NCBI RefSeq assembly: GCF_009914755.1
Contig: NC_060927.1
Length of the DNA stretch: 64,000 nucleotides
Reading direction: 5' to 3' (one strand)
Origin: the human T2T-CHM13v2.0 reference genome, Homo sapiens
This document shows, piece after piece, positions 22,587 to 39,148 of this stretch. Numbering within the stretch: position 1 is the first letter of the stretch; the number at the start of each line of letters is the position of its first letter. The position numbers and the translations under genes were made by a program. Below the pieces are notes generated by a model. That model had not been told where the DNA came from. It made no database searches and saw only the letters and a program-made list of their open reading frames with translations.

Positions 22587-25500
22587 TAGTCTTGAAAGAT
22601 TTTTTAAAGTTTTTACTTCTTTGGAAGATTTTAAAATGATAACATCTGAGAAGCAAATACAAAAACATCCAAGTAGAGATATCGTTACTAATCTTAGTGC
22701 AAAGTACAAGGTATTACGTGGCAGTTCTGGAAATATAATTGAGAAGCCCATTTCTTTCACATATGTCCAGTGAAGCATTAGTTTCGAGGGTTGTCCCCAA
22801 GAAAGAGTTGTGTTGTTAAGTGTGTGGGGGGAGAAAGGCTCGTTTAGACAAAGCAAGCGGACTTCTTTTCTTTCCCTAGGACCTCTCATACTGTAATATA
22901 CTCATGCGCATTGTGAATTTCCAAGGAGTCAAAGCATACAGTGTTTTCCCAAATTATTTATCAACAGAACCCTTTTGCTCATGGAACGTCGTATAGGGAC
23001 TAGATTTCACTTTGGGGAAACTAGAAAGGGAATAGGAATTGGGTTATTAGGAAATAAATCAATTCCCTGATATTGATAGTTAACAAAGTTATGTATGGGG
23101 TTATTTATGGTATGTTATTTTCAACACATATTCATTAACAAAATCCATATGAAAGTTATAGGAGAATTGCTGAGGTAGAATAACATACTTTGTTTGTATT
23201 TATAATACTCATATATTTACCTGACGTTTTCTGAGTCTTCACTTTTTTCATTCTTTTGGAATTGGTAAAATAACTGATTCCTTGAAAGTTTTTTTCTAAA
23301 TAATACCTAGATAATAGATTTATAGAAAAAATATTGTATGAATGTTTTAACATTCATGTAATATGGAACATGTAATTTTTATACTGGAGGTTATTATAGT
23401 TTTAATACATCAAAGAAATAATGTTTATTTTGGAAGCAGAAAGAAGAAATAATTTCTATGAATAGGTTTTCATCTCTTTCCTTGTTCTTCAACTTTGAAC
23501 TTTTTATATTCCAAATTTTAATTATATTTCAAAAGATTTTTTTCTTTTGCCTTTTAATTTTATCTTTTGGAGAAAAATGTATGTCAAAATGTATGTACGT
23601 GTATTTGTCTTTTGATTTGATCTTTTTTGACCCTCTTTTGCATTGACATTATTTTAACCAAAGGACACTCTTGATTGTTCATGCTACTGGGGGAAAAAAA
23701 AATAAGTAGAAATTAGCCTAATAGTTGTGGCTTATTTTGAGTGAAGGCCTTAGCCCTTAAGGCAATTAAATTTACTGTGGAGAGAAGAGCTAATCTAATG
23801 GGGAGAAGGAGCCTTTGTTACAGGTGTGGTAGTGTGGTTCTTTGAGTGACAAGATTTCTGTTTGCCAGATTGGTTAGGAGAAGTCTGTGTGTCTGCTTTC
23901 TCTCTTATGGCCTAGGATCACTGTGGTGAATGAAAAACCTGTCTCAGGGCCTGACTCAGATAATTCCCTTAAAACCCGGCTAAGGTCATAGATGAATAAT
24001 CAGTAATTGAACAGAAGCTCTGCAATAGAAAAGAAGCCAGATAATTATTTTTGGAAATTTAATTATATTTACAGATTTTATTTTATACAGTAGACATGGA
24101 ATTAAATTTATTACATTATGTTCTAATTTACTCTTTGCTTGTTTTGATTTGCTTGTTTGACAATAAATGTCCTTGTAAACTATTTCCTTTTAACTTTTTC
24201 TCAATTTATGGTGCTTATTTTCCCCATTAAAGACTTACCAATTATTTTTTTTAACTATTTGTTACACATACTGAATCTAGAGTTGTAATTAAGCTACTTT
24301 CATTACTGGTTAAGTCAAATTATAGCAAATGCTACTATAAAAATTTACTATCCAAAAATGTGTCTCAAGCCCCAACTGATGGTTTCAAATTCTGTTATTA
24401 ATAATATGCAGCATTGTGTTTGCAAAGCTTGGCTGTTACTTGTGATGCTTGAGAATGATGAGTCACTCAGCTAAACTGAGTGATTTTGAGACTTGTGTAC
24501 AAATTGATGGTTGAATGTAAGCATGCAAAGAGAGACCTTAGCTTAGCAGTACCCTTTTTGAAATCACTCTGACATCAAGTTTGAAAATGTGGGCAATAAT
24601 CAGAGGTGGTAAGGTGGCCAGGCTTTAGCTGAATACTTTTTTAACTGGTTCAGTCTGAGGGCTGAAAGCCCCAGATTTAAACAGTATTTAGAATTTGAAG
24701 CAGTCAAGTATTAGTTTAATGGTTGTCAGGTTTGTAACAAAGTTTCTGGCTAGACTTCTACTAGAAATGTAAAAGTGCATGTGAATCAGCTTTTTAAAAA
24801 AGTAATAATAATTGAAAAACATTTCTACAACTAGAACTAAAGAAAAGATTTGTCCTTTCTAATAGGAAAACACATCTGGAGAAGTGCTGGCAACTAGCAG
24901 AACAGTTAGGACCATTCAGAATCAACTGAAGTGAAAGTGACGGGGAGCTGAGGGGAACACAGATAGTTTGACTTCAGTCAGACAGAATAAACATGATGAA
25001 CCGATAACCTGTGATTCCCAGCCTGGGGTTACTACTGGAGTTTTAGGTGTCCTGGAAAGTTATAATACCGGTCTTCAAAAAGTCTACAGAAAGCATAGAT
25101 TTCCACATAATGCTGCACAGGCTAACGAATTAATCAAGTTTCTTTGGTTTGGCCTGGATTTATATCCATTCAGTTTGTGGACACTACTGAATTATTTATG
25201 TCATGTTGATCAAAAGTTCTGATATGATTTGATTAATGAAACATTGAAAAAAATAGTAAAACCAACCATTTTTAACCTTACACTACTATCTTGAGGTATG
25301 ATTGACATACATTAAAACCACCTCTTAATAAATGCTTCTTGTTAATCAAAAATTTGAAAACGTATGTCCACTGGAGGAAAAAAGACATAGCCCTGGATGT
25401 GAACTGAATATTACTGAGACTCGGAGACCTTCAGAACTACCTGAAGATGAATCGAAGTGCTGCCTACTTTAGAGAATTGGACTAATTTAATTTGGGAGTC

Positions 25501-25794
25501 AGCAGATTGCTGTATATCAGTCATCATATATACCGGTGACAAGACCACTTAGTTCATTCCCTTTTTTAGATTCTGTAAGATTATTGTGTTCCAGTGAAAT
25601 TGATTTGCAAAATGAGACATTTTATTTTCTGTGCTTTTGTTCTATCATGTTTCTGATTGGTCATAAGCATCTCACAGAAGTAAGAAATATGGCGATTCAG
25701 AAGGCAACAAGCACATTTATAATTTATAGAAAATATTTGAAGGACTTTTTCATGGCCCAAATCATGAAAAGTAGTAGTATTGTTTTAAGTATAA

Positions 25795-26146
<352 letters not shown>

Positions 26147-26639
26147 GTCTGATTCTTAATTTTATAGTTTATGTTGTACCTCCCCAGCTGAAGTATCTCT
26201 TTTCTTTTTTCCCGCGTGTTTAGTGTTCACTCATCTTTATAGCATAGCTCAATTGTCACTTCATGAAGCCTTCCATAACCTTTGTAGCTCCATTAATTAT
26301 ATTCTTCTGAGTGTTTAAAACACTTGCCATATGAAACACTATTTACTTTGGCTTACATTCTTACTATCTAATCGGCCATTTCTGTTACTAAATCTTTTTC
26401 TCAGAGCACCTGGGATAGTCTTGTGTCTTAGTAAAATCAGTTGATTGATTTAACTCGGTAGAGTAGAGGCTGATTAAAGTAAATAAATCTGGTTGATGCC
26501 AACAAAATTTTGGTCCCCTCAATTTTTTGCTCTCATTACCTGCAAATTCTCCCTGGCCTTCATATTTGGCAACCATTGAGGAGAACAAGGCTGTAAAAGT
26601 AGTTCATGTACTTGATATTCTGAATTGGAATTAAGCAGA

Positions 26640-26951
26640 GTTGCTTAAGTAGGACTTGCTTTTCTGGGATTTCTTATGCAACAAATAATGTAGTAACTGG
26701 AAATCCAAGTTCAAGACACTGGCAGATTCGATGTCTTTTGAGGACCCTTGGCTTCATAGATGATGCCTTCTCCCTATATCCTTACATAGCAAAAGGGGCC
26801 AGGCAGCTCTGGCCTTTTTTTGTAAGGCCAATAACTCCAGAAACCTCATGATCTCATCACCTCCCAAAGGCCCCACCTCTCAATACTATCACATTGTGAG
26901 GCTAGGTTTCAACATATGAATTGTGGGAGACAAAAATTCAGACCATAGTAT
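26640..26951 (+). mobile_element. MaLR LTR fragment (MST/MLT1-like)
   Basis: cacctcccaaaggccccacctctcaatactatcacattg...tttcaacatatgaattg...attcagaccatag, a typical MaLR LTR 3' end. Confidence 0.75.
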
Positions 26952-29716
26952 AATATTTCAAGATTACTTAAACTCTTCTCTACCAAACTCATTAACTTTT
27001 AGGTTAGCACAGTATTTTCATTGATATTTTGGTTTCTGGAGTTATTACTAATTTTCTTGATCTGATGTTATAATTAAAAAAAAACAGGACTTTGTACGTG
27101 AAATGAGACTGAGATAAGGAAGCTGATTCAGAGATGGAGATTTAAAAAAAGAGAGATGAGAGATTGAGATCTGCAGTGTCAAACTGACAATAGCCAGGAG
27201 TCAGGAGATATTAAGAGACTATATCATCTGTGATTGTTAATGATTATTTATTGTTATTTATAAATACTACTGTATTTTATATATTATATACATTGTTTTA
27301 AAAATTATTTTTGTACCATTTCTTGAAAGAAAAATGTCTAAGCTTGGGAAAATATTTATTGAAAAATGTGGTTTGTACATCTGAGGAGTGTATCTTGCAC
27401 AGTAGGTGCATAGATTTCTTCCTCTTCCTGTTCCACATGGCCTTAGCTTAGAGGCTGTGTGGCCATCACTTGGTATTTAGGGTAAGACTGGTGCACAAAA
27501 TCAAAGACAGGTAACCTTGGTATAAGTGTAGTATCATGTAAATAGCTTTTCTATGTCTAATTCTTGTTTTCTTCCTACTTTTTCAGGAGGTCAATTTCAG
27601 TTCATTTCAACTATCTTTACATAATAGTGCTTTAGTAACAGGCATGGAAGGAAAGAGACATGTCCCTAGAGTGTTTTCTTGAAATCTAATAGATGATTGG
27701 AGTATTTACCATGCAGTTGTGTATATACATAAGCAGTGAATTCGAGAGGAATTTTTAAGCTGTAAAAAAAAGCATTGTGTGCCTTATAGACGCGAGTGAG
27801 AAATGTGGAATATGGCTGATCCAAAGGGAATGAGTTATCTCAATTGATTAATCACAGTCAGTTACAGATTGAACTCTTTGTTCTACTCTTTGCCCCCTTC
27901 TCACTATTGCTCTTGACTAGTCTTAAGAAAGAAATGTGGAATATTTTCTCACGGCTTTGGGATTTTATAAATTAGAATACTAGTGGTATGTAAATACAGC
28001 AGGTACACTACTGTATAAACCAACATAGGAAGCCTTCTTTAAAGGGAATTGTTTGAGAAATTTGAACACTTGGATAATTTGAATAAAGGATTGTGATAAA
28101 TGATCAAATGAAAGAAAATAAATCAGGTTACTCTTCTTTCTGCTTGATAAAGCAATAATTTTTTTTAAAGGTAAAAATTATGAGAATGATGAGGATAGTA
28201 GTTAGCATTGTCTTTCTTTGATAGGTTTGTTAATGATCATAAAACTGATTTATTTAAAGACATGTCTTTTTATAACTATTTTATACTGTTGTATCTGGAA
28301 ACAAATATTGAATTTCATTTGTCATGTGGAAGAAATCAACTAGTTTTAACCTTTGATTTATAATAAATCAACCACTTTCATTTATTGTCTAATACTGGCA
28401 ATGAACACAGCCTAATGTATCAAAACTAACAGAATAAAAATTCTCCAAGTTATATCCAGACTTTAAGACACTTTCTAATTATATAAAATAAAATATTTTG
28501 GGCAGTCATTTTTTAACTCTGAAACTATTTAAAACTCCTAATTTAGAATATCTTAATAAATACCCATTTTCCTCTTTTTATTTTTATAACTTGGTAAAAA
28601 TTGAGTCCATTGTTTTCCCAGAACGCTGTTCTTAAACAAATGGTTACCTCCTTCATTAGAACTTTACTTTTTTTAGGATTTCTAATTAAGAAAACATTAG
28701 GCTTGTAACATTGTCAAATCTTGGTGGTCTTTCTTCCACGTTTTTTGAGGTCGATTATCTAAGAGGCCATCAGTTAATAAAGCTATGCAGGAAATGACAT
28801 CATGCCACATGTGAATATCCTGTATTAAAAATTGTATCAATATACTATTTTATAATTATGAAGTGGAATGAATTTTAGAAATAGAAAAGGTGATTTTTTG
28901 TGCATAGGTCCAAACTGTGTTTTGTTTTCATTTCAGAATTTCATAATAACTATATTGTCTCCATATCTTAATTGTGTTTTTTTATAGCACTTTTGTTTAG
29001 TAATTTGTATATGCTTGGCTGTATTCTCAGAGGCTGTTTCTATTTAATGTTGTCAAAACAGCTCATAAAAAGTGAAAATTCGGTCAGACTAGTTATTTGA
29101 TATTATATATGAAATCAAAACAACCTGAAACATTATCTTTTAATTTAAATAAAGAACCCCAAATTTTAATCAAATGTATGCAAAGGCACATAGAATATAT
29201 GACTTAATGTACAACCTTTATTAACTTGATGATGGAAACCTGTTCCTAGGGACCTTTACTTGAATAAATGAAATATCAAGAAAAAATACTAACTTAAGAA
29301 TAATAATTTAATAAGTAAGTAAGCTATTATGATCTTCAATCAGTCCTGAGAGAATCATGGTTGAGAATTAGAAAATTTAGACCAGTAAGATCAACACTGT
29401 TAAAAAAAAAAAAAAATCAGTATTTTTTCTCCATATTTTTTATATATCTGGATCATTTTATTTAGCACTTATTATTGCACTTTCCTTTTCACTTTTTAAA
29501 CTATGCTGTTTTATTTTTCTGAGACATCTGATTTACTGAGGAGGAAAATGGAAATGCGGTACAGAGCCCAAGGGTATGACGGCTTTAAATGAGTTTGCAT
29601 TTCTGTTTTAAGTTAACCATCCCTCCCTAGCTTACATCTGTTCCTTTGTTGCACCCTTGGTTTAACATTATTCTCCTCCCCAATTTCCTCTTCTCCTCAT
29701 TGTGAACTCGTGGCAG

Positions 29717-29827
29717 GGTCTGCTTGGTGAGCTCATTCTCTTACAACAACAAATTCAAGAGCATGAAGAGGAAGCGCGCAGAGCCGCTGGCCAATATAGC
29801 ACGAGCTATGCCCAACAGAAGCGCAAG
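29717..29827 (+). CDS. OPA1: OPA1 alternative exon 5b (111 bp; YME1L S2 site, coiled coil)
   Basis: ggcAG|GGTCTGCTT...CGCAAG|GTgatg; GLLGELILLQQQIQEHEEEARRAAGQYSTSYAQQKRK. Confidence 0.96.
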
Positions 29828-32548
29828 GTGATGGATGGTTTAAGGGGGCTACCGATACATTCACACTAATCAGCCATTTCTGCCAAGATCATGTCACCTC
29901 AATCTGTTCATGGACTCCAAATACAAGAAATTAATTTGACAAAGTGAAAATATAAAAGATGCATCATATAAATATGTAACTTTTCTGGAGTGGGTAGTAT
30001 AGGTAAAGCCAAAAGAAACAAATTCAAGCAGAGGAATTTTGGTTTCTGAAAATTAGGTTGTCTGTAGGGTCCCTGTATTTATACTTAGAACAAAATTAGG
30101 AATTTCTGTTTATGTGGTCCAGTTATTGAGTCACCCTAAGTTTGTAGGCATCTTACCTACCTACTTGCTCCCCAAGTTTTTATTTCTAAAATGAAAAGCA
30201 TTGCTGTAGATGACCAGTTTACACTAAAGAATAACATTTATTTATTTGTTTTAGCTAAAGTATATGGACAGGGAACATTCATATTCTTGTAGAAGAAAAT
30301 TATTTTGACTTTTGGGCAAAAGCATGTAGTTCTTATACACTTTGACAAACTCATTGCGTACATTTTTCACATTAATCAAAGTCAGCACAAATAAATTTTC
30401 ACCTTGGACCACGGAGGGTTTGAACACTGGAAATTTGATATAATTCTGGTTGCTAAAGAACAAGTTCTAATAAAAGCTTAAGTGTATACCAATATGTGGC
30501 TGTTGGTGCAATCAGCAGGTCCGTAAAAATATGATTTTAATGGTTAGGTAATCCCACAACGGAGATCCCAAAGTTCATGTTTGGAAGAGACTTTTGGGTC
30601 AAAGTGAAATCAGTGTAATGAATTTAAAATTATACTCTGAGATCTTGAAATCAGCTAATTATGTTACATCTTATTAGCTCAGAAAAGTTTTGAAGTTATA
30701 TACAAATGCTAGTCAGGAAAAAAGATTCAGTCATGTAATTCTTGTACATTCTACTATTTAAATCAACCAATATTATAGATTATGATTTAGTGCAGTAATT
30801 CTGCTGGCTAACCTTATCTCATTTGGTGGTGGTTAGTACTTCAGAGTACTCACCATAGTTTCATTTATGTTTTCAGCATCACTTCCTGGTTTTTCTCAAT
30901 TCCATGGCTGTGGAATCAATTCATATGTATATTTAGCTTCGGTGAGCAAAAACATAGCTAGAAAAAGAAAAGAAGTGAGTTTCCTACCTGGTTAAATTAA
31001 AGTCGATGTGTTAAGCCAAGGAGGACTTCTTTTGAATGGTACTTTAACAATCCCTGTTCTGTATACTGTGAATATATCATTTAAATAGCCTAATAAATTG
31101 GATGCTTAGGCTGAGCCACCTATACTTTAGTTTTGTTATGGAAAGAAGGGAGAGGAGCAAGTATGTTCTTATATGTTACTTAGAAATAAGAATGTAGCTG
31201 TAGTTACACATTGTTCTTAAGTTTTTTTCGTAAGACAACTTGAAATGAGTCCCATAGGCCTGCTATTTAACATTCTAAGATATGACTTAAGGTTAATGAT
31301 GAGCTTTTGAATCTGACAATTCAAGAGATATCCATAATGAATACTGATTCATTTTCTACATTGCTGAAAGCTAATGTTCATTTTAAGCCTACTTTAGTAG
31401 CCTTTATTTGGGCTTAGAGATGTTATTCCTCTTTCTGATATTTATTGGGTTATCTGTTTAACCCTTTTATATCTCCCTTTCCCGATTTGTAAATTAGAGA
31501 CTGGCAAGACTTTTTACCCTGAGTAGAGCACCAAACATGGCTTGTTTCTGCCCACACTGTAGTTACCTTGAGGGGAAGTAAATGGGACTTTAAAAGCAAT
31601 TTATGCTCTTTTATAGTGAAATTATCCCTCTTACTATCCCGAAAGACTGTTACCTTACAATATCCTCCACTCCTTTCCCCCTGTAGTTACTATAGAGATG
31701 ACTTTTCGGTTCTTCACTGCCATAATGATCAAAATCCTAATTCATGAGATTTTTATCATTCCAGGCATGTGAGGTTTACTTGATGCATAAAACCGCAAGT
31801 ACTTTTTGTTGTTTTTTAATTGTTTTTTCTCTCTTATCTTCTTGAAAGTCTAAGTAGATCATCATTTTTGATGTCTTATTAGTAGCAACTAATAAATTTT
31901 CCCTGTATCTTCTCAGCAAAAGAACTCAAGCAGAGACAGAAGATTAGAACTACCATTGGTAGTTTTGCTTCCTATGGATATGTTCACATACATAGAAATT
32001 TTTACAATGACCTTTTTATATATGTATTTCAGAATTTCAGAATGGCCTCAATGCCTTAATAGGAAGAAATACTTGAAATTTTTAAATTAGGGCTTGGTTT
32101 TGTGAGGAGCTAGTAAAGGTTTTTCTCTTTCAGCTTTAGCTTGTTTCTGCGGAGGATTCCGCTCTTTCTCCATCAGTTTCATAGCCCTGGAATTGTAGAA
32201 AAGCTCTGGTTTCAAGACCATTGATATCCATTTCTGTCAGGGTGAGTTTTAAATTTATTTCATGATGCAAACAATATATTGAACAACAGGACATGAACTT
32301 GTTCTTGTTGTAAGTGGCTGAATTTTATCAGTAAAGCACATCAAAATAAAATATACCCCAATTGCTAGTTAAGACCTAGAGTGACAGATTGAAAATAGCT
32401 TGTGTTATTCTCTTAAGAAAATATATAAAAATTATCATCTCATCAATCTTTAATGTTTGTTTTATAAATCTAAATGTTTTTATCTTGTTTCCTAGGAAAT
32501 ATTAGGTCTAATTTTTTACTTTACCACCAGCTGTCTTTTATTTTACTC

Positions 32549-32847
<299 letters not shown>

Positions 32848-33041
32848 TAATATAACATTATGATTAATTGTGATGTTCCATTAAACTAAGCGGAGAGGAA
32901 ACATGCTGGTAAACCATGTGTGAGTTATTCATTGTACCAGAAAGGCAAATGATACATTTTATCCTAAAATTCAAATTTATAAACATCTTAACACTTGTGA
33001 TCATTAAATACTACTAATCTAGCATATAAATTATATTTGTA

Positions 33042-33302
33042 GGCGGGGCACGGTGGCTCACGCCTGTAATCCCAGCACTTTGGGAGGCCGAGGTGGGCAG
33101 ATCACGAGGTCAGGAGATCGAGACCATCCTGGCTAACATGGTGAAACCCCATCTCTACTAAAAATACAAAAAAAATTAGCTGGGTGTGCTGGCGGGCACC
33201 TGTAGTCCCAGCTACTTGGGAGGCTGAGGCAGGAGAATGGCGTGACCCCAGGAGGCAGAGCTTCCAGCCTGGGCGACTCCGTCTCAAAAAAAAAGAAAAA
33301 AG
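33042..33302 (+). mobile_element. AluY with right-arm internal deletion
   Basis: ggagaatggcgtga diagnostic; TSD aaattatatttgta. Confidence 0.9.
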
Positions 33303-35235
33303 AAATTATATTTGTAATATTCTACTAACCTTATATCATTTTAACTTTTTATATAACTTTTTTATTTTACCAAATTAAGTTAACCTTTTATAGCCCTTGG
33401 CTTATACTAAACATCCTAACTTTTTTGTTTAATTGTATTAGTTTTTAAGTTATTGCCCCAGATGTCAAGTAATGTTGGATTTTCTATAATAATTTAGGAT
33501 ATATTGCATGAAGTCAGTTAGTATTTACATTTAAAACTAAAACAATTTATACTAATACAGTTTATACATTTCATACTAATTTAGCTACAGTTGGATAAAT
33601 ATTTAATGGAACAAAGTAAATCAAAGTACCTTTTCAAATGAATTGGAAATTAAATCCACATAACAATTTTTTATGACCACACTATTACAGTGTGATGGCA
33701 TGCCAAATGATCATAATGTGGAATTATGTATTTCTTCATTGGCTTTCAAGATTCTGTTCTTTAGTTTGTGGGCTCCTCTCCAACTTGCTTGTCTCCTCAC
33801 AGTTTAGGCGACTGTTTATAATTCTTGTCCATCCTGCATAAACACACACAGTCAAAATGAAAAAAAGCTTCTATCAGCAGATCTGTGCTGCTGTACAGAA
33901 ATGGGAAAACAATTGAAGTTTGCATTATCTTTTTTCTAATTACCAGATCGTTTTTGGAGCTATTTAGGCATAGGCTTTTAAGGAAAAAAGAAAAAAAGAG
34001 TGTACCTTTTGTTTCTAACAAAGGTTGTTATCTATATTATTGAAATAAAAAATTGGGGATAGTTATGATAAAGTATTTAGAAATAGGAATTAAAATCTTA
34101 AAATAACTTTTCATAGCATGGACAAGACTTATTAATGTCTACCTCAATAAGCAAATCATTTAAAAATTTTTCATGTATATTTGCTGCCATGATGTGTTGT
34201 GATTGCTTAAATAACCAATGAATGAAGATCAACAAGGATTTAAATGAAGAAGAATATGGATTTAACTATTTTCTCCTGTGAAATAAGTTCATATTTACAA
34301 GTTTTGATTTTCAGAAATTAGACAATTATTTTTAAAGGCTGGGATGACAACTTCTGCCTCTTACCAAGAAGTCAAAGCACAGTTATGTGAATTCATCATA
34401 AATCACATCATTTTTATTATATTTTGTATTTATAATTGTATTGTGACTACTTTAAAACCTGTTATAAAATAAAATTGTTTTTTAATATTTTATTTTAGAA
34501 TTATTAGCATTAATAACAATTTGAAGTAGTTTACACAATACCTGTGAGTTTTATTTTTGTTTTATATTGAAATTAATTTTAGTTGCTTTACTTGGCTTCA
34601 TTGCTATGGATGCATTCTCTGTGTTACGAGTTAGCAGATCTTTCCTTGGAACTGAATTTAAAAGCAAGCATTTGGCTCCACTTAAATCTCTGAAAATGCA
34701 ACTTGTTCTTTGCATTTATTACATAATTCGCTACTTATGGTACAGAAATGGATGCAATACAAAAATATTTCCTTATAAGATACACTGTGACCAATGAGCT
34801 TTTTAAATAGCTGTAATCAGTAACATGTATTTGACTTTTCAAAACACATTTCTGGAGGGATATCAGTGCTTTATTTCCCCAAATATCTGAATCCCTATGC
34901 TTTAGTACAAAACAACTTCTGAAGAATTTAGTAACCATATGTGTTGATCTCTTGTTTTTCTAACTAGTCTTTCATAAGAAATGACTAGAATAGCAACAGG
35001 GAAATGATTGCCTTTTAAGGTTTTTGTTTCTCAATATAAAATTTTGGTGAACCATTTTTATTGATAAATACAGGTATTTTTACTTTCTTAAATCACTTGA
35101 TTTAAAATTACTTTGATTAAATATGCATATAAAGTCAGTTGTTTTTAACTCTCAATACTTATCAAAAAAATTTAACTTGCTGTACATTCTGTATAAACCT
35201 AATTCTATTCAACTAAAATTATTTTAAACATTTAG

Positions 35236-35289
35236 GTGTCAGACAAAGAGAAAATTGACCAACTTCAGGAAGAACTTCTGCACACTCAG
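35236..35289 (+). CDS. OPA1: OPA1 exon 6 (54 bp)
   Basis: tttAG|GTGTCAGAC...ACTCAG|GTaatc; VSDKEKIDQLQEELLHTQ. Confidence 0.97.
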
Positions 35290-35823
35290 GTAATCATGAT
35301 GACTAAGAAAAACTAGGGACTTTTAAAAATTATATTCGAATGTAACTTTGGTGATATGGACATTTATTTTTTCAACAGAGCAAAATTTGGAAGGTGTAAT
35401 GATAGAACCTTATTATTATCGATAGATGCAAAAGCTAATTGAGAAATAAGGAATAAAGACAGAACTAGATAAGTATGGAGTTAACTCATTTATATGTAAA
35501 AACCTATTTTGAGTGAATCTTATGCCCAAAAGGGAGAAAGTGGCTTGTCCTTATATAAACTTATGCTTGCATTTTTACATTGATAAGCTAATACAGTTAA
35601 AGAAATTCGAGTTGAGTCTACCACATCGTTCTAGTGGGCTCTCAGGAACCTTTACTTTGCTTCGCAAGTCTGAAAGCAGTCAGACAATGCTTATCTAAAG
35701 CTCTTTCTGGCACTACTTAGAAAAGCTATTTTCTTATAGTTGGTGATAAAATTATTACTTTAAGGACCTATTTTGTGCAATGTAATGAGTGGGTAACATT
35801 CTAGTACAAAATTACCCTATCAC

Positions 35824-36119
<296 letters not shown>

Positions 36120-36210
36120 TTACCCTATCACTCAATCATCAGTTTTTCTATATAGGTGACACTGACATGCATTAATTAACTTATTTTTTAAAGTTCAAAG
36201 AGTTACTATC

Positions 36211-36508
36211 AGCTGGGCATGGTGGGTCATGCCTGTAATCCCAGCACTTTGAGAGGCTGAGGCAGGAGGATCGCTTGAGCCCAGGAGTTTGAGACCAGCT
36301 TGGGCAACCCGGAGAAACCCCGTATCTATAAAAAATTTTTTAAAAATTAGCCAGGTGTGGTGGTTGTGCCTGTAGTCCCAGCAACTGGGAGGCTAAGGCG
36401 GGAGGATCACTTGAGCCCCAGGAGGTCAAGGCTACTGTAAGCCATGATTGCTCCCTGGCCAATAGAGCAAGACCCTGTCTGGAAGAAAACAAAAAAGAAT
36501 AAGAAAAA
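36211..36508 (+). mobile_element. AluJ
   Basis: ggaggatcgcttgagcccaggagtttgagacc. Confidence 0.85.
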
Positions 36509-36552
36509 GAGTTAATCTTGGATCTCTTTTTTGTGAAAAAGTGAAACGACTA

Positions 36553-36635
36553 CAAGTTGAATATCTCTTATCTGAGGTGCTTGGGGCCAGCGTGTTTTGG
36601 ATTTCAGATTTTTGAATTAGGGATAATCAGTCAGT
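36553..36635 (+). mobile_element. Short Tigger4/Zombi-like MITE remnant
   Basis: caagttgaatatctcttatctgaggtgcttggggccag...ttttggatttcagatttt. Confidence 0.5.
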
Positions 36636-36799
36636 AGTATGTTTTGAGTCACAGGTTTCTTTGGTATCTATGTATTGAGTCTCAAACCTCACTATACGCT
36701 AGACTCACCTTTGCTCTGAGTGGCACTATGTTTTTAAGGGTTCCTAGCCAGGTGATTCCAATCTGCAACCAGGGGTAAGAGTCATTGGTCACAAAGCAT

Positions 36800-36945
36800 A
36801 GCCTCTGGAGCACATTAGAAATGCACATTCTTGACCCCATCCCATACCTTCTGAAGAATCAGAAACTCTGGGATGAAACTCAGCAATCTGTTTTTAAATG
36901 CCCTCAAGATAATTCTGATGCATTCTAAAGTTTGAGAATTATTGT
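36800..36945. mobile_element. MER5-type hAT MITE
   Basis: ttagaaatgcacattctt...aatcagaaactctggg...gataattctgatgcattctaaagtttgagaa. Confidence 0.7.
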
Positions 36946-37197
36946 TCTAGAGCTTTGAGAGACAGCTCAATAGCACATCTCTTCAGGATGGCTACAAATT
37001 GGCATCTGTACCAAAATGTTTCCATCCCCAGAAAATGTAGACCCCAAAATTGATTTTGTGTTTACAAAGAAATGAGCCAGTGGAAATTCTACCCTCTTAT
37101 ATGCCTTGATACAAACCCTTCAATTTGTGCAATTGTAATTGTCAGTCACTAGGCACTGATAGACTGTATTATGGAGAATTCACTGGGTTATCTATAT

Positions 37198-37459
37198 CAA
37201 TGATGTCCAATAGAAATATACAAGCCACCTGTGTAATTTTTAATTTTTACATTAAAAAGGGGTAAAAAGAAACGTGGAATTAGTTTTAATAATATATTTA
37301 ACCCAGTCTATCCCAGATAGTATCATTTCAACATGTGATCAGTATAAAAAATATGAATGAGGTATTTTACACTTACAGCACAACCTCACTTCAGGCCAGC
37401 CACATTTCAGGTGCTTGATAACTACATGTGGCTAGTAGCTGCCGTGTTAAACAACACAG
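37198..37459. mobile_element. MER33-type hAT MITE
   Basis: tgtccaatagaaatata...gccacatttcaggtgc...catgtggctagtagctgccgtgtt. Confidence 0.7.
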
Positions 37460-38050
37460 ATCTAATCCTTAGATACTACCAGAATTTTGTTAAATATACT
37501 ATTACTAGATATAAATGAGTGAGTTTATGTAAAAATATGTTTATAGTAGAGTCTAGCCAGTAGTTCTGCCTGTCTCATACTATGTAGGTGTTCAATTATG
37601 TATGCGTTCTTTTAATTTGGCTTGAGTTGGACTTGCTGTAAGGATAGAACCATGATTTCCTGTTAATTACTTTGTTCTTGAAAGATTCCAATAAGCTAAA
37701 AAAATTGTAAGGAATATTTTTTATTATAAAAGGCATATTATAAGTTGGACATAAACATTCTGCTGGTTGTAAGAATGGGTTATTTTTAATAGTTTTCTCT
37801 GTGTTGTTAATGTTTAGAGAAGAAATAAAAGCTGGGAAGACAAATTAGAAAGGATCAAATTTATTTGAGACGGAAAATGTGTAGACAAGCAACTACTTAC
37901 AAAAAAAAAAAACCTGTTTAGACATATTAGTCTTCTTTAAAAATCTGTTTTTATATGATTCTTTTTGATTTTGGTGTTTTGTTTTGTTTTTTTGTCAAGT
38001 AGTTGCTTGGCTACACATTTTCCTTCTCAATTAAATTTGGTCCTTTCTGA

Positions 38051-38327
<277 letters not shown>

Positions 38328-38923
38328 TATATCATTTTTTGAAATAGTAATATATTATCTCTGGACATGGAAACATAACAAAACATAGAAGAGTTTGAGC
38401 CTCTGACAGCCCTCTATTCAAAACCCTGCTCCTCTACTAAGTGACCTTGGTCAGGCTCTCAGATATTCCTCGCTCTTTATTCCTAGTCTGTGTAATTCCT
38501 GCTTTATGGGGTTTTTGTGAAGGCTAAGGGAGTTAATGCGTTTGCACCACTTACTAAGGAGTCTGTCACATAATGCATGCTTGGGTACTGCTAGCTATTA
38601 TTTTATAGCATCTTAATTAAAATCTAAAATAATGTGAAGAAAGGGAAGAATTTGAATTTTTGTTAAGTGGCCCTGTAATGTGAAGACTTAAAATTTTGAT
38701 ATAATAGGAAATACTCCCTTCTAGAATGTATTTAAGAACTACTTCTTTAAATTCTTACGTTTTCACTATTTCAAAATAATTTTTTCAATGTGAGTAGCAA
38801 GGAATTTTCCAAGTGAAATTCTTAATTATGATAGAAAATTACAATGATTTCCACTGTTTGTAAGAGATAATAGTCATTGTTTATTTTATTCCTAATGTTT
38901 TCATAGATGCTTTTAAAATGTAA

Positions 38924-39148
<225 letters not shown>
